Part shown: in pieces, positions 1-7,855 of the stretch
Position numbering within the stretch: the first letter of the stretch is position 1
How the letters are laid out: each line of letters begins with the position of its first letter
DNA from: Candidatus Sumerlaeaceae bacterium
GTDB lineage: Bacteria; Sumerlaeota; Sumerlaeia; Sumerlaeales; Sumerlaeaceae
Assembly: GCA_051003195.1 (NCBI GenBank)
Contig: JBPCLP010000039.1
Coordinates: 1-64,000, forward strand
Length of the DNA stretch: 64,000 nt
Direction: 5' to 3'
Program-made: the position numbers and the translations under genes
The notes under the pieces: model-generated
Databases searched by the model: none
Told to the model about the DNA's origin: nothing
Seen by the model: the letters and a program-made list of their open reading frames with translations, nothing else

Positions 1-68
1 CGCTTTGGGTAGCGCAAGGCTCGAGTATTTGCCCGGGGCTTCCAGGACTGATTGAGTCTTCTTCTCGC

Positions 69-91
69 AGCAGGCTGGAAGCCTGCTCTAC
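69..91 (-). repeat. GTAG-type REP-like palindrome
   Basis: Minus strand reads GTAG-AGCAGGCT-TCC-AGCCTGCT: a GTAG tetranucleotide followed by a perfect 8-bp stem, the layout of GTAG-family REPs; intergenic. Confidence 0.55.
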
Positions 92-171
92 CGCGCAAGA
101 TGCGCGAAAGAAAAGTTCTGGGCGAAACCGGGTCCAACCGCAACAGATGCGTGAAGGGAATTGCCGGGGTT

Positions 172-209
172 GTAGGGTGCGGCACGCGGTGACGCACTCC
201 CAGGGCGGG
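172..209 (+). repeat. GTAG-type REP-like imperfect palindrome
   Basis: GTAG-GGTGCG-gCAC-gcg-GTGa-CGCACT: GTAG followed by an imperfect hairpin. Confidence 0.4.
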
Positions 210-440
210 GTACGTTTTTTGTTCGCGTGCGTGGTCGTTTGGCCGGAGTTTGATGGAACCGACGCGTGGTGCGATCTGGCGCGATGGTGGAAATCATTAT
301 CCCGAGGAAACACAGGAGAAGTTCTGGGGGGATTCAGCTTCGCTTTTTGAGGATCACCTTGAACCCGAACTTTGTACCCTTGACCTCGGCATGCAACAAT
401 GTTTGTTGTGGATTAAAACAATATGCAAAATGGATGATTT

Positions 441-3392
441 ATGTGCCTCCTGATTTCTCCACGTGTTGCTTTGGCCCTGGTTGGTTTCGGTTCGATTACC
501 TGCGGATTTGCCGCTGGTACGGACAAGGGTCTCAAAGTTACCAATAACCAGGGCTTCACGTTTAGACAGCCGGTTGCTGTTGGCCACAATGACTTGCCGG
601 CAGGTGACGGAGTGTTGGTATCCGCACAGAAGTCGGGCGACAAGCTGGTGTTCATCGCAGACGTGGAGGCAAAGAAGAGTCTGTCCTATCGCCTTGCGGT
701 CGATGCACCCAAGCCGAGGCAAGTGCAACTGACGGCCGAACCGGAAGGCGGTGGCATTCGGCTGCACGCAGGATCCGGCGAAGACCTCGGTTTGATCACC
801 TGGAGTCTCATTGTTCAGCCCGCACCGAAGGCTGCTCGTATGCGTACGACCAGGGCGGCAGATGGCGACAGCGATTCGGCTACGACGGACGATGCCTCGT
901 ACTCCCATCCCGACTATGCCGCTACGTATCAGCCGTTAGCTCTGCAGTTTTCCAAGTCAGAAGATGGTCCGGTGTTCACGCGCTGGCATACGGATACGGC
1001 AAACGCAGGCCTGAAGCTTTCGCTGGATGTCGACTGTTACGTCGCGGGGTTTATCGATCTGCGCGGAACATTGAAGAATGAGTCGGCGCAGGTGACATCC
1101 GGCATTCTTTGCAACGTCGTGGCCCGATGGGAGCACCCGAAGGCCAGTGAGCGTGCGCTGGCATACGATAGCGTTCCGTTTGCATTTGGCGAAACGACGA
1201 CGACGTCGTTTCGTGCGGGACAGGGCCATCACCTCGCGCTGCAGCGCGGCGTGGACTGGGTGCGAGTTGCTTTCAACGGAACGTCGGCCAACTGGATGAA
1301 CGATTTCTCGGAATCCTTCAGCGTACTGGAGGAGCCAACCAAGAAGAACCCGGCGTGGTGGAAGAACGCGAACCAGCCGCAGCTTGGCTGTGAAGTACAG
1401 GCGACAGCTTCGGCGATCTACAGCATTACGGAAATCACGCGGCCCACGATCAAGCGGTTCCGCGACCGGTTCACTCCCTGGATGCTGATGCCAATCGGCG
1501 AGCAGACGGAATTCGCTTCGCGGATCGTGGTGAATGCGTCGGCCATCGACAACAAAACGGCGGATGAGCAGTTCGTGTCGTACACATGTTACCAGGGTCA
1601 GTTCGGAGATTCGTGGAAGGATAAGTCCACCTACCAGGTGGGTGTTCCGTACGTGACGTTTGCGACGAGCTACTTCCCTTACTCGACGCTGGGCGAAAAC
1701 TTTGATCGCTATAAACTTCCTGGCCAGGACCGTGAAGGCTACTGGCCGCTCTCGGCAGACACCGTAAATCAATGGCGGCTCTTCGCTGATGATATCCGGC
1801 GCGACCTGCGCATCGCGCGCGCTATGGGGTTTGAAGTGATCCGCCTGCACCACCTCGAACTTCTCGACCAGATCACGACAGACACGCGCCGCGAGTACAT
1901 GGATTTCTTCATGGGCGAGCTGCGGCACCTCGGCCTTAAAGCGATGCTCGATGTGCAGAGCTACCCCGGGGATGTGGCGGACCTCGTGAAGCGGCACGGC
2001 GATGTGACCGCGGGTGTGGAGGTCGAAAACGAAGTGCTGATCTGGGGCATCAAGAAGGACCGCGAGAAATATTGGAACGCCGTCTACGACGCGGTGAAAG
2101 CAGTCGATCCGAACATGCCCGTGCACCTTACGTCGCACTCCAATGCCGGGATCTTTAACCGACTCTTCGCACTCGGTGGCAAAAGCGACCGCATCGGGTT
2201 TCATTCCTACGTGGACACACCTGCCGCCATTACCACCGCGCGGCACATGGCGCTGGCCATGGGCAACTATGGCGCGAAGGTGAACCGCGAGGTCGCAATC
2301 ACGGAGTGGAACTGGCGTTTCATGACACGTATTCCGTATGAAGAGCGTGCAAAACTCTATCCGCAGATTGTCGGCCGCGCACTGGAAACGCGCTCGATCA
2401 GCGAGTTTGGGCAGTTCCAATTTGCCGATTCGCTCGCCATGAACCCGAAAGGACTCGGCGGCATCCGGCATTACGAGCCACTGTTTCAGAGCCGGCGCCC
2501 GAAGCCGGAGCTGTTCGAGCTGTGGAAGCTGATCCGCAAGTATGGTAATCCGGGCAGCCCATCGAATTCGGTTCTGGCAGGTTACACCACAACAACGTTG
2601 GATGGTAAGGGGTCTGGAAACCTTCAGTTTAGTATCCGGAACAACAGCGGGGTGGCCCGCAAGCTGCGGCTCACAATCGAATCACCTGCGAATCTGGAAG
2701 CAAAAAGCTCAGCCGGTCCTGACGTTACCCTGGACGCAAATGGAAGCCTGAACTTCGCGGTACACGTGCAGACCCTCAGTTCGGTCCCAGGTTTCTACCA
2801 GTGCTTCCTTCGCATAGAAGAAAACAACACATTGCTGACCTACGGCTGGGGGGAGGCGCGTCTTCGAGGCGTACCATCTCTGGACTTGGATTCGCCCACG
2901 ACTGTGACATATCCGCGAGGTATTAAGACTGAACTGGAGAGCTTCGACTTTGCGCAACCCACGACCGTTGTGTATGGTGCCGATGCGCCCGCGCCCGAAG
3001 TCGAATTCGCGCTGCTGTTGCAGGGCACGCTCGAGAGCGCCACTGGACAACCGGTGAACCTGTACAACACGAAGACATTGCCCGCGGCGTTAAAACTGAA
3101 CAACAACCTCGTGCTCATCGGGACGCCGGAGAGCAATCCGTTGTTGCCGCCCAGCCCCATCACCAATAAGGAAACAACAGGCCCGACGGCCTTTGTATAC
3201 ACGCGCAACGCCGAGCCTGGTAAGCAGTGGCTGATTGTAACCGGGAGCGATACCGCAAACGTGAATGAGGCTGCCATCGATCTAACGCTCCGCTATTGGC
3301 GCGGAGCCAAAGATTCGGCCGTTCGCAAATTAGGCGGCAAGCTCGTAGAGAAAGCATTGCCAAAGGGTTCGGACGCGGCCAAGCTTCCCTAG
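441..3392 (+). CDS. Large secreted glycoside hydrolase-like protein (clan GH-A-type TIM barrel plus accessory beta domains)
   Basis: 983 aa with N-terminal signal peptide. Central barrel motifs: ARAMGFEVIRLHH, EVENEV (acid/base-like), GFHSY, ITEWN (nucleophile-like). C-terminal Ig-like and alpha/beta (LVLIGTPESNPLL...LIVTGSD) domains. Lies directly upstream of uxaC. Confidence 0.65.
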   Translation: MCLLISPRVALALVGFGSITCGFAAGTDKGLKVTNNQGFTFRQPVAVGHNDLPAGDGVLVSAQKSGDKLVFIADVEAKKSLSYRLAVDAPKPRQVQLTAEPEGGGIRLHAGSGEDLGLITWSLIVQPAPKAARMRTTRAADGDSDSATTDDASYSHPDYAATYQPLALQFSKSEDGPVFTRWHTDTANAGLKLSLDVDCYVAGFIDLRGTLKNESAQVTSGILCNVVARWEHPKASERALAYDSVPFAFGETTTTSFRAGQGHHLALQRGVDWVRVAFNGTSANWMNDFSESFSVLEEPTKKNPAWWKNANQPQLGCEVQATASAIYSITEITRPTIKRFRDRFTPWMLMPIGEQTEFASRIVVNASAIDNKTADEQFVSYTCYQGQFGDSWKDKSTYQVGVPYVTFATSYFPYSTLGENFDRYKLPGQDREGYWPLSADTVNQWRLFADDIRRDLRIARAMGFEVIRLHHLELLDQITTDTRREYMDFFMGELRHLGLKAMLDVQSYPGDVADLVKRHGDVTAGVEVENEVLIWGIKKDREKYWNAVYDAVKAVDPNMPVHLTSHSNAGIFNRLFALGGKSDRIGFHSYVDTPAAITTARHMALAMGNYGAKVNREVAITEWNWRFMTRIPYEERAKLYPQIVGRALETRSISEFGQFQFADSLAMNPKGLGGIRHYEPLFQSRRPKPELFELWKLIRKYGNPGSPSNSVLAGYTTTTLDGKGSGNLQFSIRNNSGVARKLRLTIESPANLEAKSSAGPDVTLDANGSLNFAVHVQTLSSVPGFYQCFLRIEENNTLLTYGWGEARLRGVPSLDLDSPTTVTYPRGIKTELESFDFAQPTTVVYGADAPAPEVEFALLLQGTLESATGQPVNLYNTKTLPAALKLNNNLVLIGTPESNPLLPPSPITNKETTGPTAFVYTRNAEPGKQWLIVTGSDTANVNEAAIDLTLRYWRGAKDSAVRKLGGKLVEKALPKGSDAAKLP

Positions 3393-3472
3393 ATGGAAGG
3401 GTTTGACTCTTTCGATGAAGAAATTGCTCGCCAATCGGCATTAGTTGCAGGTACTAACAAAACGAGAACTTC

Positions 3473-4771
3473 ATGACCCCTGAGACCCAGTCACTGCTGA
3501 AATCAACACTTGCGGCCAGCCAGATTCGCCCCGCCGTGGACAAGGCCATCATGGATGCGCCGATTCTGGATATGCACACGCATCTCTTTGCGCCCCAGTT
3601 TTCCACGCTGAATCTGTGGGGAATTGATGAGCTGCTCACCTACCACTACCTGGTGGCCGAGCTGCTTCGCGTTCATCCAATCCCGGAAGACTCTTTCTGG
3701 GCGCTCTCAAAAGCCGAACAGGCCGAACTCGTTTGGGAATACCTGTTCGTACGCAACTCGCCCATTTCCGAGGCTACAGCGGGTGTTATCACGGTCCTGA
3801 ACACGCTTGGCCTCGACACGTCAGCAAGCGATTTGTCGGAGGCGCGCGATTACTTCATGGCGCGCGATTTTGAGACACATTTAAACGAAGTTCTCCGGCT
3901 TTCGGGCGTCGACCAGGTTGTGATGACCAACGATCCCTTTGACGCTGCAGAGATTCCTTACTGGCGCAACCTGTCGGAGTTCGACAATCGCTTTCGCGCT
4001 GTCGTTCGCCTGGACTGCATGCTCAACGATTATCCGAACTCAATTCCACGCGCGGCTTCCCAGGGTTTCACGTTCGGCAGCACGGTCGACTCGGCCACTA
4101 TAACACAAGCCCGCAGATTTCTCGATGCATGGATCGAGCGGATGAATCCCGTCTACATGGCGGTTTCGCTGCCCGATACGTTTGAATACCCGGAGCAGTC
4201 GATTCGCAACACGCTACTGGAACAGGTCGTTCTGCCAACGTGCCAGGAACATGATCTTTCGATGGCGCTCATGATCGGCGTGCGCCGACAGGTAAACCCT
4301 CGCCTGCGCCTTGCAGGTGATGGCGTGGGGCGTGCGAACCTCGGTGCGCTGCAAGCACTCTTGCAGCGCCATCCAGAAAACCGGTTTCTTGTGACTGTGC
4401 TGGCCCGTGAAAACCAGCACGAGCTGTGCGTCCTCGCGCGAAAATTCCGGAACCTGATGCCATTCGGCTGCTGGTGGTTTGTGAACAACCCCTCCATCAT
4501 CCGCGAAATTACAGACATGCGGTTCGAAATGCTCGGGACCAGCTTTATTCCCCAGCATAGCGACTCCCGAATCCTTGAGCAGCTACTCTACAAATGGCCC
4601 CATTCCCGCCGAATCATTGCGGATTCACTCATCGTTCGTTACGAGCAGCTGGCCCAGTCCGGGCGCACCGTCTCACAAAGTGAAATTGAACGTGACGTGC
4701 AGCTTCTGTTCGAAGGAAATTTCCGCCAATCGATTGGTGAAGATGAAATTGGCGGAGACCGACAGGATTGA
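3473..4771 (+). CDS. uxaC: Glucuronate (uronate) isomerase, Bacillus halodurans BH0493-type
   Basis: Amidohydrolase metal motif DMHTHL, LWGIDELLTYHYL, MTNDPFD, FGCWWF, PQHSDSR. Confidence 0.9.
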   Translation: MTPETQSLLKSTLAASQIRPAVDKAIMDAPILDMHTHLFAPQFSTLNLWGIDELLTYHYLVAELLRVHPIPEDSFWALSKAEQAELVWEYLFVRNSPISEATAGVITVLNTLGLDTSASDLSEARDYFMARDFETHLNEVLRLSGVDQVVMTNDPFDAAEIPYWRNLSEFDNRFRAVVRLDCMLNDYPNSIPRAASQGFTFGSTVDSATITQARRFLDAWIERMNPVYMAVSLPDTFEYPEQSIRNTLLEQVVLPTCQEHDLSMALMIGVRRQVNPRLRLAGDGVGRANLGALQALLQRHPENRFLVTVLARENQHELCVLARKFRNLMPFGCWWFVNNPSIIREITDMRFEMLGTSFIPQHSDSRILEQLLYKWPHSRRIIADSLIVRYEQLAQSGRTVSQSEIERDVQLLFEGNFRQSIGEDEIGGDRQD

Positions 4772-5544
4772 TACGAAACTTTTGTGACCTGACAGATCGC
4801 GTGGCAGTCGTAGTGGGTGGAACGTCAGGGCTCGGTCGTGCAGCAGCAGTGGGACTCGCCGAGGCCGGGGCGCATGTAATAGCGACCGGCCGGCGCGAAA
4901 ACCTCGTGAACGACGTGGCCACCGAAATCGAGGCTCTCGGCCGACGCACCATTCGCAAGATGGTCGATTGCGGCTCCCGCGAATCGCTCGATGCACTGCG
5001 CGACGCTGTGCTCGCCGACTTTGGCCGTGTCGATATCCTGGTGAACGCCGCAGGCAAAACCGCCAAGCGCGCCACCGTCGAAGTTCCTGAAGCCGAATGG
5101 GACGATGTACTCGACACGAACCTCAACGGCACGCTGCGTTCCTGCCAGGCTTTCTACGAGCCGCTGAAGGCGGCAGGTCGCGGCAAGATCGTGAACTTTG
5201 CCAGCCTGTCCTCCTACGTTTCGTTTTACCAGGTCGCTGCATACAGCGTTAGCAAAACAGCCGTGCTGGGTCTCACCCGCGCACTGGGATGCGAATGGAG
5301 TAAGGACGGCATCTGCGTCAACGCGGTGGTGCCCGGCGTCTTTCCAACCGAATTAAACGAGAAGCTCCTGAACGGCACTGAACGCGGGCGAGAGCTGATC
5401 ATGCGCACGCCGATGGGCCGTTTCGGCAAGGCCGAGGAACTCGTCGGTGCAGTTGTGTTTCTCGCATCGGACAGCGCCAGCTTCATCACCGGCCAGACGA
5501 TCACCGTCGATGGCGGCTTCCTGGCTTCCGGGGTAAATACTTAG
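4768..5544 (+). CDS. SDR oxidoreductase (KduD / gluconate-5-dehydrogenase / fructuronate reductase-like)
   Basis: GGTSGLG, LVNAAG and YSVSK catalytic motif. TTG start overlaps the uxaC TGA (TTGA), indicating translational coupling. Confidence 0.85.
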   Translation: MIRNFCDLTDRVAVVVGGTSGLGRAAAVGLAEAGAHVIATGRRENLVNDVATEIEALGRRTIRKMVDCGSRESLDALRDAVLADFGRVDILVNAAGKTAKRATVEVPEAEWDDVLDTNLNGTLRSCQAFYEPLKAAGRGKIVNFASLSSYVSFYQVAAYSVSKTAVLGLTRALGCEWSKDGICVNAVVPGVFPTELNEKLLNGTERGRELIMRTPMGRFGKAEELVGAVVFLASDSASFITGQTITVDGGFLASGVNT

Positions 5545-5630
5545 TGTGGTCTACCGCTCAGTTGTGTGTGCCGAATCGAGGGTATGTTTGCCTTTTGATC
5601 TGGTAATGAACTACTGATTCGGCACACTAG
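5541..5630. repeat. Intergenic repeat, copy 1 (complete; MITE/REP-like)
   Basis: Bounded by TAGTGTG...CACACTAG. Internal perfect 12-bp inverted repeat GTGTGCCGAATC (5566-5577) / GATTCGGCACAC (5616-5627). Homologous to 17458-17488, 43995-44082 and 58188-58237. Confidence 0.8.
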
Positions 5631-6274
5631 GCGCGGGCGGCTTTCACGGCCTCAACATACTGCTTCGCTTTCTCGGTCACGAGCTTGGCGTTTCCATCCT
5701 GAATGGCCGCCGTATCGACGAGGTCGGCGCCGACGCCGAGCGCCGAGGCTCCGGACTTGATGAAATCCGCGGCGGTCTTCAGGCTCACGCCACCCGTGGG
5801 GATAAGTTCCACCTGGGGCAGCGGCGCCTTGAGCGCCTTGAGATAGCTGGCACCGCCAACCGCTCCGCACGGGAACACCTTCACCATGTCCGCACCGGCC
5901 TGCCACGCGGTGATCACTTCGGTCGGCGTAAGTGCCCCCGGCATGATTGGGATCCCATAACGTTTGCACAACGCAATCGTGTCGAGGTTCAGCGCGGGGC
6001 TGACGACGAACTGCGCGCCCGCCAGGATGCACGCGCGTGCGGTCTCCGCATCCAGCACCGTGCCCGCTCCCACAAGTACATCTTTCGAGTAGCGCTCCGC
6101 CACTTGCTCGATCACGCGGATCGCATTCGGCACGGTCATCGTGATCTCAAGCACGTCGACACCACCCTCGCGGATGGCATCGATGGCGCGCATGGCCTCG
6201 TCGGCCGAAGTGGCACGAATCACCGGCACAAGTCCGAGAGTCCGGATATGCTGCATCACCTGTTCTTTAGTCAT
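5627..6274 (-). CDS. eda: KDPG/KHG aldolase
   Basis: VPVIR, LEITM, VGAGTV, PGALTPTE, VKVFP, PTGGV motifs. Confidence 0.95.
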   Translation of the reverse strand: MTKEQVMQHIRTLGLVPVIRATSADEAMRAIDAIREGGVDVLEITMTVPNAIRVIEQVAERYSKDVLVGAGTVLDAETARACILAGAQFVVSPALNLDTIALCKRYGIPIMPGALTPTEVITAWQAGADMVKVFPCGAVGGASYLKALKAPLPQVELIPTGGVSLKTAADFIKSGASALGVGADLVDTAAIQDGNAKLVTEKAKQYVEAVKAARA

Positions 6275-6303
6275 TTCCCGCCCTCATTCTGTCGCGGTAA
6301 TTA

Positions 6304-7398
6304 TTAGCGCGCAACCCTGGCGCCCCCGCCCTTCATTACCTTCTCCACTTCGGACAGCGTTACCATGGTTGTATCTCCCGGGGTTGTCATCGCCAGCGCG
6401 CCATGCGCGGCGCCGCAATCCACTGAGTACTGCGGTCCCTTATCCATCATAAAGCCATAGATCAGCCCCGACGCAAACGAGTCCCCGCCGCCAACGCGGT
6501 CGAAGATTTCAAGGTCCTCGCGCACCCGCGCCTGGTAAAGCTGGCCCTCGTAATAGCACACGGCGCCCCAGTCGTTCCTCGTCGCTGTTTTCGCGTTGCG
6601 TAATGTCGTTGCGACTACTTCAAAATTTTTAAACTCGGAACATGCCTTTTCGATCATTTTCTGGAAGTTGCCAACGTCCAGTTTGGAATGATGTTCGTCC
6701 AGGCCTTCGACATCAAAGCCGAGGGCAGCAGTGAAATCTTCCTCGTTGCCAAGCATGACGTCGACGAAAGGCGCGAGTTCGCGATTTACCTCACGTGCGC
6801 GTGCCTGGCCGCCGATGCTCTTCCACAAAGATTCGCGATAGTTCAAGTCGAAGCTCGTGCACGTGCCGTGCTTCTTCGCGGCTTGGAGCGCCTCTTTCGC
6901 TACGGCGGGCGTTGTCTCACTTAGAGCAGCAAAAATACCCCCGGTATGAAACCAGCGCGAACCTTCGTTTGCGAAAATTTGATCCCAATCGATGTCACCT
7001 GGCTTCATTTGTGAGGCAGCGGTGTGCCCGCGGTCGGAGCATCCAAGCGCCGCCCTCACGCCGAACCCGCGCTCCGTGAAATTCAATCCGTTACGAACGG
7101 TGCGACCGACTCCGTCGTATTTCACCCACTTCACGTGCCGCTGCTCGACACCACCCTGATAGATCAGGTCCTGAACCAGGCGACCGACCGGGTTATCCGC
7201 GAGCGCTGTGACCACGGCGGCATCCAGCCCAAAGCAGCGTTTCAGGCCACGCGAGACGTTGTACTCTCCGCCGCCCTCCCATGCCTGGAAAGTACGCGTG
7301 GTAGCGACGCGACCGTCTCCCGGGTCGAGGCGCAGCATTACTTCGCCGAGGCTTACCACGTCCCATTTGCACTCGGATTTTGGTCGAATCTTCAGCAT
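6304..7398 (-). CDS. kdgK: 2-keto-3-deoxygluconate kinase (PfkB family)
   Basis: GEVMLRL, GGGEYNV, FDLNYR, DRVGGGDSF. ATG at 7398 preferred over TTG at 7410. Adjacent to eda. Confidence 0.9.
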   Translation of the reverse strand: MLKIRPKSECKWDVVSLGEVMLRLDPGDGRVATTRTFQAWEGGGEYNVSRGLKRCFGLDAAVVTALADNPVGRLVQDLIYQGGVEQRHVKWVKYDGVGRTVRNGLNFTERGFGVRAALGCSDRGHTAASQMKPGDIDWDQIFANEGSRWFHTGGIFAALSETTPAVAKEALQAAKKHGTCTSFDLNYRESLWKSIGGQARAREVNRELAPFVDVMLGNEEDFTAALGFDVEGLDEHHSKLDVGNFQKMIEKACSEFKNFEVVATTLRNAKTATRNDWGAVCYYEGQLYQARVREDLEIFDRVGGGDSFASGLIYGFMMDKGPQYSVDCGAAHGALAMTTPGDTTMVTLSEVEKVMKGGGARVAR

Positions 7399-7541
7399 TC
7401 TGTCATCCAATCAGTCATTCAGCGCGTCAAATTCACAGGTGGGTTTGATATAATTCAAGCCTTGTTCTAAATAGCAGCAGCACATACTTCAGGCATAAGA
7501 GCAGGGTTGAAGTCGTATTTCGAGCAGGGTGGTATCAGCTA

Positions 7542-7847
7542 ATGAACTTGTTCTCACAGACGTGGCTTGTGCCGTTTATTTACGTAGCGGTCATGCTGGC
7601 GCTTTACCTGTTTGCTCCTCGCGCGCGTCGAGCGACTGTGCAGCAACGTATGAGGACCGATCCGAACTTTTACCTGGTCGCCAACATTTCGCTTATCCCG
7701 CTTGCCATCTGGGCAACCCTGGATCCGCGACAGCGCTGGATCGATTACCTGTCATGGGCGCTGCTGCTGGTGCTGGTGATCGTCAGTATTCAGCGCGCGC
7801 TGCAGGCGCCGGTGTCTACCGAAGCCGAAGAACCACCACCGCTGTAA
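7542..7847 (+). CDS. Small membrane protein (about 3 TM), unknown function
   Basis: 101 aa with three hydrophobic segments; fills the gap between kdgK and glgP. Confidence 0.6.
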   Translation: MNLFSQTWLVPFIYVAVMLALYLFAPRARRATVQQRMRTDPNFYLVANISLIPLAIWATLDPRQRWIDYLSWALLLVLVIVSIQRALQAPVSTEAEEPPPL

Positions 7848-7855
7848 AACAACGC

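Noticed and set aside
957..2471. 504-aa minus-strand ORF
   Set aside because: Antisense shadow of the 983-aa hydrolase; no motifs. Such ORFs are expected from codon bias at this GC content.
5541..5630. Repeat family as CRISPR repeats
   Set aside because: Copies are dispersed singly over 53 kb with no repeat-spacer periodicity and no cas genes.
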